The notes under the pieces: model-generated
Seen by the model: only the letters and a program-made list of their open reading frames with translations
The model's database searches: none
Told to the model about the DNA's origin: nothing
Part shown: positions 13,308-24,505 of the stretch, piece after piece
Numbering within the stretch: the first letter of the stretch is position 1
Layout of the letters: each line of letters starts with the position of its first letter
Origin: Chiloscyllium plagiosum
Taxonomy: Eukaryota
DNA: 42,119 bases
Direction: 5' to 3'
Assembly (NCBI RefSeq): GCF_004010195.1
Contig: NC_057719.1
Coordinates: 10,438,206-10,480,324 of the forward strand
Translations under genes and position numbers: made by a program

Positions 13308-14309
13308 AGCACAAATTCCCAGCTCGGCGAACAGAACCACAACAACAAGCACCCGAGCTACAAATCTTCTCACAAACTTTATTACTTCAGTGTTTCTGGG
13401 TCAAGATTCTGAAATTCCACTCTGAGCAGCACAGTGCAGCAGTTCAAGAAGGCAGCTCACCACCATCTTCTCAGGGATAACTGGCCATGGACAATAAATG
13501 CTGGGCATCACCCACATCCCACAAGTAAACATTTTTTTTTTAAATTGCTGATTGCTGAGAATAGCCAACCTTCAAAAACCATGTGGCAATACTCAACACC
13601 AAAGGACACTTCAAGGAACACCGGAAATTGTTTCTGACCTAAAAGAGAATATGCTGAAAAAGCAGAGCTTGCAGCTGCAAAACTCGAGGCGCAGGCTGTA
13701 ATGGGGAAACTATGGTCTGTGAGAGTTCAGCTGTGAGCAAACAGCTGAGATTGCATGATTCAAACTAAAAATCTCTGGAAACTTTACAAAGGTGCTGTAA
13801 TTCAGGCTGAAAGGCGAGAATTTAAAAAATTAAATTGTGGCTCGTAACAGCAGATACTGTGAGGCGCACAGTTGGAAAAAAAAACTAACAGGGCCAAGAG
13901 AGAAAACTCATAATCCACAAGCAGAGAGCTGGGGAAGTCATGAACATTAGCATCGGAGAATTCAAAGGAGTGAGCGATTCTGGTGGAAGTTCATTCAGGA
14001 GACTCTACAAAAGGCAGAAATCTTTCAGAATAATCACAAAAAAAATGGAATTTGTTATTAAAACTGAAAAGCATGAGAAAACCCTCCAGAACAACAGCAA
14101 AGCGTGGGACTGTCTCCCCGCCATGACCGCAAAATAAAAGCTTCAAGATGATAAAATGCCAATTCAGATTTGAGTCATGCTAAATATAACACAAAGCTGG
14201 CCACCCTACTGAAAATAATCCTTGAAGCAGAGAACAGCTTCTAAATTGAATAGTATAACTGAAGTTGAGCAATTAAATATACTTCTATTGACATCTGGGT
14301 GTCTAGATA

Positions 14310-14645
14310 TCATAAGAATGTAAGAAATAAGAGCAGGAATGCTCCGCCATTCAATAAGATCATGGCTGATCTTTTCATGGACTCAGCTCCATCTACAAAT
14401 CCACTCACCATAACCCTTAAGTTACTTACTATTCAAATATCGATCTATCTTTGCCGTGAAAACATTCAGTGAGGCAGCATCAACTGCTTCACTGGGCAGG
14501 GAATTCCACAGACTGACAACCCTTTGGGTGAAGAAGTTTCTCCTCAACTCAGTCCTAAATCTGCTCCCCCTTATTTTGAGGCTAAGGCTCTTAGTTCTCA
14601 TTTCACCCACCAGTGGAAACAATCTTCCTGCTTCTATCTTATCTA
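14310..14645 (-). mobile_element. CR1 LINE 3' end
   Basis: Remnant LFPLVGEMRTKSLSLKIRGSRFRTELRRNFFTQRVVSLWNSLPSEAVDAASLNVF. Confidence 0.9.
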
Positions 14646-14859
14646 TTATTGAACATGACGGGGCACAAGGAATAACAAAGACATTTGAAGAGATACTGAA
14701 CACACATGACAAGTATTTCGCCCTCAGAATGAATGCAATTCTTGAAAGACCATGATTTAACCAAATACAGCGTCCAAGGGAATGCAGAGATTATTTCATT
14801 AATGAACTTTACAGAGAGATGTCACTATGGCAATTGTTACAGCAAACATTCATAAGGCA

Positions 14860-15050
14860 TTTAATTGCTATAGGAGAAAGTTAAAAGCAAAGTCATGCTT
14901 GACTAATCCACTGGAATTCTTGAGGAGATAACACATGCTCTGGAAAAAGGGAAGCTGGTGGATATACTGTATTGAGACTTCCAGAAGGCAGTTGATAAAG
15001 TGCCACAATGAAGATATGATGAAGGTAAAAGCTCATAGTGTAAAGGATAA
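14860..15050 (+). mobile_element. Old CR1 RT fragment
   Basis: tcatgcttgactaatc...gacttccagaaggcagttgataaagtgccaca reads as SCLTN...DFQKAxDKVP. Confidence 0.6.
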
Positions 15051-15178
15051 CTGCCCCTAACTCCTGACCCAGCATGGCAGTCTCTCAGTGTTACGTGATG
15101 GTCTCTCGGCCCAGCATGCTGGTCTATCAGCAGCCCATCGTGGTCTTTTGGTGTGGCCAGGCCTCAGCGTCGGCCTCT

Positions 15179-15287
15179 GGCCTTAAGGTGATTCCAGAAT
15201 AGTCTTCCGGCCTCAAGGGAATTCCAGAGTGGTCTATCGACCTCAAGGTGATTCTAGAATGGTCTCCCGGCCTTGAGTGAATTCTGG
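15179..15287 (+). repeat. 30-bp tandem repeat, about 3.6 copies, inside a retroposon-like 3' end (about 15080-15570)
   Basis: Units start at 15179, 15209, 15239 and 15269 (consensus ggcctcaaggtgattccagaatggtctycc). Downstream tail aataaagctaattcaatt. Confidence 0.8.
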
Positions 15288-18200
15288 CACAATCTGAAGC
15301 CAAGGCCCAGCACAGACTGGAGGCTAGGTGCTAGCATGGACTGGGTTGGAAGGACTGTTGTTCTGAACTTCTTATTTCTCTACTTTCTAATTTATTCCTA
15401 AGATCCGTAATGATGCAGTTTTGATTTCTGTATTTTTCCCTTAAGAACTTCTACCAAGGAATCTGTGCTTAGGTGCCTTGTACCTAAGATGGTGCCATAT
15501 GTAGTGACTTATCCATTTTTTTGCAGTACATGTTTGAGTACATGCGATAATAAAGCTAATTCAATTAACTGCTATCAGTTCCGTGCAAGGGTCAATAAAC
15601 TCGAAACAGTAAATCTGTTTTTCTCCCCATAGATACTGAGTTTCTCCAGCAATTTCTGTTTTTGTTAGCTTAACCTCAAGCTGTTCCCAGAATTAACAGA
15701 AACAGAGTAAGGCCCTTCAACTTTCATCAGAAATTAGTTTCAGAGACTTCATTTTTAGTGTCACCTGTCCAATGAAATTAAGACAATGACAGCATTGTAG
15801 ATTCATAGAGATGTTGAAACATAGAATTAAAATTGAAACAGGAAAGTTTGTTTTGGACAGGATGTCTGTTCAGGGAAGAGTGATCTTCTTAGAAATGAAA
15901 ATGCTGCTTTAAGTTGACATTGTAGCACTGGTTTCAATGTTTCAAAAAGGAAAGCTGACTTCCAGGAGCAGAGAACAGGCAATTACTCGAGCGTGACTAA
16001 AAGATTACTGATGAGTAGGGGGAAGATCATTCCTCAAGAAACACTCACTCAATACTAAAATATAAAAAATAAAATTTTGAAATTGGTACAAGGAAAATGC
16101 AAGTTTGCGAACGCAATTAATTGGTCAGGTCCTCTCTCACAATCAAAGATGTTGGCCAACATAAGGCATTTGCACATCAAACTGCAAAAGCATATAAGTA
16201 TCTTCATGACTTTAAGCATATGCAAACATTGCTGTGTTACTTGGAAAAATGCAAAGTATTTAACATAACGATGGAAGAAGTTGGAGGCCAAATACAATAA
16301 GGATCCAACATTTTCTTTGAATTCAACATCTGTTTTATCCAAAATTTATTTTATGCTGTGTAGAATATATACATATAAAATTCTTCCCTTTATCTCGCAC
16401 AATTTTTAATTGTCCATATATATTCAACAATCAACTAAATGCCTTCGACCATCTCGTTATATATCGGACAGACGAGAGCAGGCACACAAGAGAATCAAAC
16501 TCTAGAACTTGTATGAAAGTTCTAAAAGCTGTTGTAAACCAAATGCCATTTTATTTGATATGGCCTGCACACCTTATCAAATAAAAAGAAAACACAGTCA
16601 TTATTTATTGTCTAAAGAACCTGAAAGTTGTACTGAGAGAACAAAAATGGCCAGAGGTACATGTGAAAATCACAGCAGTTGCAACATTAATGTTTGCACT
16701 ATGCACAACAACAAACAAAAGCATATATGATGTCTGTTTCCATGAGTGTTTCAATTGATATCAAAGGCTTTATTTCTGATGAAAAGAGCTCATCTTAATT
16801 GCTCTGAAATTATACTGCAGAATAATTCTATGGAAATGACTCATGGAAGCTGCTGAAATTTCTTTCACATAGATGTTAACCAGCATATTTTTAACAAAAA
16901 GAGATTGCAATTGTTATTGAAAAAGCAAACAAAGGAACTTCACACAAATATCAACAGTCTTCCTCTTGATGCTCTCTGCCAGAAGGCTGTCCAATCAATA
17001 GCCCTGCGACCTCCAGAACAGGTCAGACAAGGAGGCAAGTCCTAATTCCTCTCTATCTGAGAACAGGGATAAACCCACAGCGTTAGCACCAATCTGATCT
17101 AACTGGCTATGTTGGTGGCAACACACACTCTTTCATGTATGCTGCAGCCTACATTAACACAGGGATTCAAATTAATGTTGGTGTATATCCCTTCATCTTA
17201 CTGCACACCACTGTGATACATTGAAAGGATTTACTTATGATGAACCTAGGTCCTTAATTCCTGTAGTAGGGCTTGAACCCAGAACTTCTGGCTTAGAGGC
17301 AGAGATGCTACCCAATGTGCCACAAGGACTTCCTTATGAGTTCAGATATCATTCAGCACAACTTAAAGCTACATGTAACTCAAAAAGGTGAAATACAACT
17401 CCAGCCAGGTCACACAGTAGGAAGCACTAGATAGAAATCTGTTACGAATCTGCTCAAATCTACTTGCCATTGGATTTTATCCCCTCTTCACTGCCCCAGC
17501 CAATAAGTGAGTAAGAGCTCAATGTAATGTACTAAGCTTTGTTCACTTAAGTATTTATCTATAGCTAGAGTAGCTTTTAATTTTGATCTGACAGAATCTC
17601 AACCAACATCTGTTATTCCTCAGAAACCTTATCAAAGATTTTTGAAAGCACTAACTAGCAAGTTGACACATCACCCACAGTGAACACATGCGTCTTTCCT
17701 TTTTATACAAGCAAAAAACACACAGAGCAACATAATGCTGAAAAACCTAATTAGACAGCAAACGGAAAGTGTAAATGATGAAATCATTTATCAAAAAGCT
17801 GTCACCCTATTCCTGAAACCAGACTGAAAATAAAATGATAGTTAACACACATTCTTTCTAAGCTATTTATAGTGAGTTGAAGTCATTTTCTATCAAATAA
17901 AGTCACATATGCATAGCATGAAAATAAAACATGGAATATGACATTGAGCTCTTCATCTGACAGGCAAAGGAATTTCTAACCAATTGTTATAAAGAATTCA
18001 ATTTGCACAATTAAAATTCAGGGAAACATGAATCTTGATTTTAAAGAAGATACTTGTTCAAGTTTATTTTTATTGTTGAGCATGAAGTGCTGAATTGATC
18101 GGCTCAATTAACTTCCAACACTATTTAATTGCCAAGAATAAGTCCCAGCAACCACATTTTTTGACAGTCAATCCCATAGGCACTACATATCCTGCACATG

Positions 18201-18634
18201 ATAAAGAACATGATTCCGATAAGACAATTGCAAAACCTTCCCTCAGCTTAGTTAATTGAAAACAGTGAAGTAGCGATGGAACTTTAATGAAACAAAGCAT
18301 TTTCAATGCTCATCAAGATAAACATCCAAATTTTAAACATTGAGACTGTAATCATCCTTTACTGCAATTTAAAATAAAACCCATGTCACCATTAGAGTAC
18401 AGATACTCTAAGAGTTTGTTCTGTGCATACGTTTAGCAATCAAGATAAATTAACACAGGGAAACCAAAACTCATGTGGATGAAAATGAGTTGCCTTTGTC
18501 ATCATTATCAGGCCAACAAATAATGGACTTCACAGTTCAGCTGTGATACCACAATAACAGATCAACAATATCAAAATAAATTTTTTAAAAGACATCATAT
18601 TTAATAGGAAGTGGAAATAAGAACAGAACTCTAC

Positions 18635-18646
18635 CTTTACTTCTAC
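18635..18646 (-). CDS. nrxn3: nrxn3 SS1 microexon, 12 nt, (G)RSK
   Basis: Minus strand reads tcttcatttctatag|GTAGAAGTAAAG|gtagag. It encodes GRSK as in NRXN3 SS1 and has the correct order and phase. Confidence 0.88.
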
Positions 18647-19389
18647 CTATAGAAATGAAGATTGGATCCAAGTAAGCATGAGTTCCATCATTGAGGGGCA
18701 ATGAAGAAGGGGGAAGGATAACAGATTAGGAACACTTGAACACACCACACACAATCAAAACAGCAATAAAAAAAAACTTAAGCACTATGAATTGTTGCAG
18801 CATTCTGCAGCAATGCACAAAATTAGTTTAAGATTATATGCACACAGGAAAAGAAAAACACTGTAAAACAAAATACACAATTGCGTGCAATGGCAAACCC
18901 AGAATGCAAAGGAAAAACAAATCTTCTAGACCCACAAATGCAAATCTGGGCATCAATGCTTACCAACATGAAAATGTACCATATGCATTATTTCAGTACA
19001 TTGGTAGCCCAGCTGGATCAGTCACTAATAGATTTTCCGAGGGTTCTTCGGGGCATGCAATACCAATATTGAAAAAGAGTACGTATCTGTGTGTATTCAG
19101 ATAAACGTGTTTTGTGGCCACGGAAAGTGTGAGTAGCATCACATTAAAAAGCATTCTGAATGTCAGCATTCAGCCCGTGATTGCAGTCACACTTTGACAG
19201 AGCCGACTAAATGATCCACTCAGTATTCAACACAACCACTGAAATGATTGCATTTGTCTAAAGGTCCAAAAAATGGCTCTCTTTTAGAAACAGGAATTCA
19301 CCCGCTGCATTGCTATTCAATAAACCAGCAGCAGGAGGAAAAAAAAAAGCAAGTTAGTAGAAAGAGAAAGAGAGAAAAGGGTAGCGTAC

Positions 19390-19419
19390 CTTGCTCGCCC
19401 ATCGTCAGATGCGAGAAAC
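19390..19419 (-). CDS. nrxn3: nrxn3 SS1 microexon, 30 nt, (G)FSHLTMGEQ
   Basis: Minus strand reads tgtctttcttcctcttcaaag|GTTTCTCGCATCTGACGATGGGCGAGCAAG|gtacgc. The peptide resembles NRXN3 GLSHLMMSEQ and NRXN1 GLAHLMMGDQ; phase 1-1. Confidence 0.92.
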
Positions 19420-20716
19420 CTTTGAAGAGGAAGAAAGACAGTCAAAAGAGAATAAACAGAGAGTTTCATACAATACCAGTTGGTATTGTGATATCCCATA
19501 CTTATGGCTAAGTATGGCATCAATCAAACTGAGAAAGCTTTCTAACATGAGCATAAAAGCTTGGCTCACAAAAGAGCAGAGTAAGAGTACCATAGATCTC
19601 ACTGCATCAGTCAACAAGGTGTTTAAGCTGACCTCAGTTTTTTGAGCTATTTTGAGGCTTCAAACGTTGACTTGGATGTTAAAATCTATAGAGATTTAAA
19701 AGAGTAATCTTTTGTCCTTGACAATATCTAACTATCGTGGAAACTGCTAATTTTGTATTAATATTTTGTACATCATACAGTTAAAGCTGTACGCAGATTT
19801 TTCAGTTTAATATTTTCTCCCTTTTTCAAATAATTTTTTTACATCTAGGCATTATAGTTATTCTTAAACAGGCAATGAATCATTATTTATTATCAAGTTA
19901 AGGGCTCAACAATGAATGTATCAGTGAATTAGTTTGCTGCAGGGAATTAAACATGCAATTGATTTACAGGAAAGGCATTCAACCTGGTAACATAACCATT
20001 CTTTGTCCTTTCAGCAATAAAAATGCAGCATGCACTAATTCCCATTATGATAACAGACAGAATAATTACAATGGAATGGAAAGTTATTTCTGAATTAAGG
20101 TCATTTACTTACAGTAACATAGATAAAACAGTGTAATCTATTATTTGTAAAGATGGGGCAGAGGAGGAAGGACAAAGATGGTGAGTTAATTAAGTCAAGT
20201 ACTTATTCCATAAATTGTTTTGCTAAGAATCTAGGTTAATTCCTATATAGTCTACAATTTAGATTACCGGCCAACTCAAAAGCAATTTGCTTCCTAATGA
20301 GATTAGTTTTAGTCATTAAGTATTAAAAAGGTGTCATTCAGGAGGCTTTGCGTTAACTAGTAAGTTAATATCTTTCTCCCTTAACACTTTATTAAGGTTT
20401 AGTGCTAATCCACTGTATCTATTCATAATATTTAAGCCTTTCCAATTTCAGATTTACTTATTCTCAATAAGATTTGGGATTTGCTTAACCTCTACTGCAC
20501 TTTTCCAGAAGCAAGTCCTACTCCTCAATGAGTTTTTTTTATCAAATAACTTGAGATGTATAAAGCAAAAAACAAAGCCTCATTATCAAGGATTGGGTTC
20601 TGAACTATGTATACATAGCTTTTCACGAGCTTTTTTCTTGCACAGCGCAAGAATATGTACAGTCTGTAAATTAGTCATTGGTTAAACTCAGTTCACCCAG
20701 TGGAGGGAGAACTCAC

Positions 20717-20734
20717 CTGGCACACGGTTGACTT
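20717..20734 (-). CDS. nrxn3: nrxn3 SS1 microexon, 18 nt, (E)VNRVP
   Basis: Minus strand reads tctctccttctttgaaatttctgctgtcag|AAGTCAACCGTGTGCCAG|gtgagt: strong donor, phase 1-1, same size and position as the NRXN3 DVSQDP-type exon. Confidence 0.88.
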
Positions 20735-21727
20735 CTGACAGCAGAAATTTCAAAGAAGGAGAGAATCAGATGTTAGACACACTGAATGCACTTGTCTTTG
20801 CATGGAACTGTTTCATGCACAAGAACAGAAGTACCATGCTCATGAACATGCAAGCGATTAAACACTGTGCATGTGTGAATTTAACAAAAGAAACCTTGCA
20901 CTTCATCACCTGTCCTGGCAGCAGGAATCAGATCATTTTGATTTACATCAAGAAAGCTACTCAGCTTTAAGTAAGAATATTTGAAAATATTCTTTATGCA
21001 CTGTACTGACTGAAGTTCTTTATTCCCTACAAAAGGAGTCTCCCGTAAATTTTTTTACATGTTAAACATGCTCCTCTAAAAAGGATGAAAAAATTTACTA
21101 CCATTTGTAGAACTAACAGTCCCAAGATACCATACAAACAGTTGGTAGTTTGCTAAGTCATTTTCATTGCAGACACGGTAGGTTAGTTGATTAAAATGGC
21201 ACATATTGGTCATATTGAAACAACATCATATTTTCCATAGCATTTCATATGAGAAAACAGCTCATTTTCACTTAACAACTTCTCCTATTTATTAAAATTT
21301 TGTTTTCTTTTCCTAACTTGAGGCTCTCCAAACTACTGCGAAAAAAAGACACATTCATTTCAAATGTGCTGTGTAATATCTTGAAGTTTAAGTGAAGAAA
21401 ATTTCCTCAGTAGCTACAGCGAGAATCAGAAATCATACTAACGCTCAGTTTATCAATGAAATTCATCGTATCAGAATGTTTTAATAATTTTAATGATTTA
21501 TCCTATTTGCCTTTTGAAATGTTCCCATGGTTTGCCAGCTGTGCTGTGAGAAATACTTAGCCAAGACAAGACATGAGCCACAAAATCTTACAATATTTCA
21601 ACAGAAGATGTTGCTTTGAAAGTGAGAATTTTCATAGTGAAGAAAAATGTGTGCATTGATGAAAAAACGAGAAGTGTTTTATCTTACACTGATCAGAACA
21701 GAATTGCTGGAATACCAAATTTCAATG

Positions 21728-22056
21728 GGGTGGTATAGTGGCTCAGTGGTTAGCACTCCTGCCTCACATCACCAGAGACCCGGCTTTGATTCCAGCCTTA
21801 GGGACGGTCTATATGGAGTTTGCACATTCTCCCCATGTCTGCATGGGTTTCCTCCAGATGCTCTGGAGGAATCCAAAGATGTGCAGGTTCGGTGAATTGG
21901 CCATGCTAAATTGCCCATTGTGTTCAGGCTAGGTGCAAAAGTCAGGGGTAAATGTACAGCAATAGGTTTGGGGAACGGGTCTAGGTGGGTTACTCTTTAG
22001 AAGGTCGGTGTGGACTTGTTGGGCTGAAGGGCCTATTTCCACATGGTAGGGATTCT
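21728..22056 (+). mobile_element. HE1-type V-SINE (tRNA-derived, elasmobranch)
   Basis: A-box gtggctcagtggttagc, B-box-like ggctttgattcc, V-domain tggagtttgcacattctccccatgtctgcatgggtttcctcc, and tail gggctgaagggcctatttccac. Confidence 0.85.
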
Positions 22057-22311
22057 AAAAAAAAGCGAACAACAATCTATAGTTTGAAGGTGGAAGAACA
22101 CTCAGAATAGGAGAAGAATTGCCATGGAGAATGCACCAGTGGGATTGCTAACTTGCATAATGCTTGCCAAGCTCAACAGGGGTAGAGAAATTGGCTAGCA
22201 CCCTAATAATGGGCACAAATATCACAATGCAACTGCAGAGGATAGACTAAACAAGATTCACTTGGCTGATAGCAGGTATGAAAGAACTGTCATATTGCCC
22301 ATAGCTATGGG

Positions 22312-22430
22312 CCCATGGGCTAAATTGCCCATAGTGTTAGGTATGGGGTAAATGTAGGGGTATGGGTGGGTTGCGCTTCGGCGGGTCGGTGTGGACTTGT
22401 TGGGCCAAAGGGCCTGTTTCCACATTGTAA
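22312..22430 (+). mobile_element. HE1 SINE 3' half
   Basis: gctaaattgcccatagtgttagg...gtggacttgttgggccaaagggcctgtttccaca matches 21905-22043. Confidence 0.8.
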
Positions 22431-22439
22431 CATTGTAAC

Positions 22440-22668
22440 ATCTCAGAGATTAGTGAATCTGTGGAATTCTTTCCTGCAGAGCACTGTCAAGACTGGTTCA
22501 CTAAGTGCATTCAAAGCTGAGATAGACAAATTTTTAATCAGTGAAAGGATTTGGAGAAAAGGCAAGGAAATGGAGTTGAAGATTACCAGATCAGCCATGA
22601 TCTCACTGATTGGTGAGGCACATATAATGGTGTGACAAGCCTACTTCTGTTCCTACATCTTATGGTTG
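22440..22668 (+). mobile_element. CR1 LINE 3' end
   Basis: Remnant SQRLVNLWNSFLQSTVKTGSLSAFKAEIDKFL plus 3'UTR. Confidence 0.8.
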
Positions 22669-23244
22669 TATTTTCACTGAAACGTAAATGTGATGCTGAA
22701 TGCAATAGTATCAAACAAATCGCAGGAGGGGGAAGGAATGCCTTGCTTCCACCTCCAACTCCATTTTGGTTTCACAGCTCCCTCTCTATCTTTTCCTCAT
22801 GTTCATTGTCATTGCACTATCCTTGACGGGCTTTGCATGTAAATTAATACTTTCATGAGAAATATAAGTGTTGGAGGATAAAGGAGAAAGAAAAATAACA
22901 CAGGTGTGGTGGAAAGAACTGTTCAGTGGTTTGCTCAAGCACCTCTAGTTATAAAACAACAAAAGAATTTTTTTTTTAAAAATGGGTTCTTTATGTATAT
23001 ATTGGTTGTGGGTGGTTGCATCCTGTTCAATCATTTAAAAAAAAAACTTTTAGTTGTTCTTTCAATTGCACATCAGTTCCATGGTTCTGATCTTTGGGCA
23101 CTTGGTGCACAGGGGTTGGGCAAGTCAGAGGGCCACTCGGGCCAGCTGCTGGCCCTGGCCAAGGTGGCCATCAGCAGGCCCAGGCAGTAGGCCTGAAACA
23201 AGGAAGTGTTCATATTTCCCGACTGCCTTCCCCTCTCCTGCATA

Positions 23245-23452
23245 GAGGATCAGGAGACTGGAAGAACACAGCAAGCCAGACAGCATTAGGAGGTGGAGAA
23301 ATCAACGTTTCGGGTGTAAACCTTCTTCAGGGCTGAAGAAGGATTACAGCCGAAACATCGACTTCTCCACCTCCTGATGCTGCCTGGCTTGCTGTGTTCT
23401 TCCAGCCTAGTGCCTGTCTACTTTGGATTCCAGCATCTGCAGTTTTTTTTCT
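23245..23452. mobile_element. Fold-back PLE derivative with a decayed hammerhead core on each strand
   Basis: Arms at about 23258-23330 and 23333-23405. Plus strand: CTGAAGA-A-GG-attacag-CC-GAAA-CATC. Minus strand: CTGAAGA-aggtttacaccc-GAAA-CGTT. Possible degenerate TSD at 23227-23240 and 23453-23467. Confidence 0.8.
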
Positions 23453-23719
23453 CTTCCCCCTCCCCTGTGGTTACATTCACATCTGGGTGCCCTTAGACAG
23501 GCAACACGTGGTGTCCACCAACACACTTAATGGGAGAGGTGGTTACCATGGGGGTTACATCATTTCCTCTTCCATCTCCATTTTAATTTAGTTCCCTCCC
23601 TCTCTACCTACCCTCCCCTGTTCTTTTTGTTTTCATTCTGCCCCTGTTGGGCAGCATTTTTAAAGCATTAATTCCTTAATTAGAATAGTTTCCCCCAAAC
23701 TTCCCTGATTCACCACTAT

Positions 23720-24283
23720 TATAGAGTCATAGTGTTGTACAGCATGGGCTGACCAGATATCCTAAATTAATCTCGTCCCATTTGCCAGCATTTCGCCAAT
23801 ATTCATATCCCTATCCAGATGCCTTTTAAATGTTGTAATTGTATCAGCCTCTGCCACATCCTCTGGCAGCTCATTCCATACATACCACCCTCTGCTTGAA
23901 AAAGTTGGTCCTTAAGTCCTTTTTAAATCTTTCCCCGCTCTCCTTAAGCCTATGCTCTCTGCTTTTGGACTCCCCTGTCCCCCCTCACATCCCCAGCCAT
24001 GAGGAAAACACATCAGCTATCCACCTGATCCATGCCCCTCATAATTTTACATACTTTGATAAGGTCACACCTCAGCCTCCGATGCTCCATGGAAAATAGC
24101 CCCAGCCTATTCAGCCTCTCCCAACAGCTCAAGCCCTCCAACCCTGGCATCATTCAAAGTTTAACAACATACTTCCTATTGCAGGGAAACCAGAACTGAA
24201 CACAGTATTCCAAAAGTGACCTAACTACTGACCTGTACAGCCACAACCATGACCTCCCAACTCCTATCCTCAATGCACTGACC
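23720..24283 (-). mobile_element. CR1 LINE 3' fragment
   Basis: Reverse-complement match to 39510-39960 and same-strand match to 6680-7270; ends in a ctatgactctat tail. Confidence 0.85.
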
Positions 24284-24397
24284 ATTTAGTTCCCTCCCAT
24301 CTCTCCACCTTTTTGTTCACCTTTTGCCATTGTGACATTGACTGTAGTGGACAATGGTTGTTGATTATTCTTTCTTTAATTTGCTCATTGGAGGGCT

Positions 24398-24505
24398 TTT
24401 GTGATGCAGTGGCAATGTCCCTATCTCTTAGCCAGGAGGCCATGGTTCATGTCCCACCAGTTCCAGAGGTGTGTAATAACATCGTTGAACAGGTTGATTA
24501 GAAAA
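24398..24505 (+). mobile_element. Short tRNA-like SINE fragment
   Basis: gtgatgcagtggcaatgtccctatctcttagccaggaggccatggttcatgtcccacc...caggttgattagaaaa. Confidence 0.5.

Larger units (their letters stand above)
11658..13378. mobile_element. Penelope-like retroelement; head-to-head inverted pair of truncated copies with 16-bp TSD
   Basis: The plus arm (12461-13378) has PLE RT motifs MVSFDVTALFTSI and YEQINGTPMGSPISG plus GIY-YIG remnant KIPCKDCTKHYIGQT. The minus arm (12460-11658) has the linker and NIVYKIPCKDC. TSD ttattacttcagtgtt at 11642-11657 and 13379-13394. It splits a LINE 3' end (about 11595-11657 plus 13395-13525). Confidence 0.9.
19054..20852 (-). promoter_or_regulatory. Cluster of Rbfox (UGCAUG) intronic splicing motifs around the SS1 microexons
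   Basis: Plus-strand CATGCA (sense UGCAUG) at 19054, 19952, 20029, 20814 and 20847, plus sense GCAUG at 20835-20839. Confidence 0.55.

Noticed and set aside
11658..13378. Active autonomous retroelement
   Set aside because: The RT lacks its catalytic DD region because of an internal deletion, and both arms have frameshifts or stops.
15179..15287. Regularly spaced 30-bp repeats as a CRISPR array
   Set aside because: Head-to-tail units without unique spacers, in vertebrate DNA with no cas genes.
1..18600. Searched for the LNS2 exon (AREENVATF...TRNLRQ-like)
   Set aside because: No such peptide is seen in the ORF track or by eye; it presumably lies beyond the window.
21728..21800. tRNA gene
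   Set aside because: The A/B boxes run straight into a V-SINE body and tail, and there is no complete cloverleaf; it is a SINE head.
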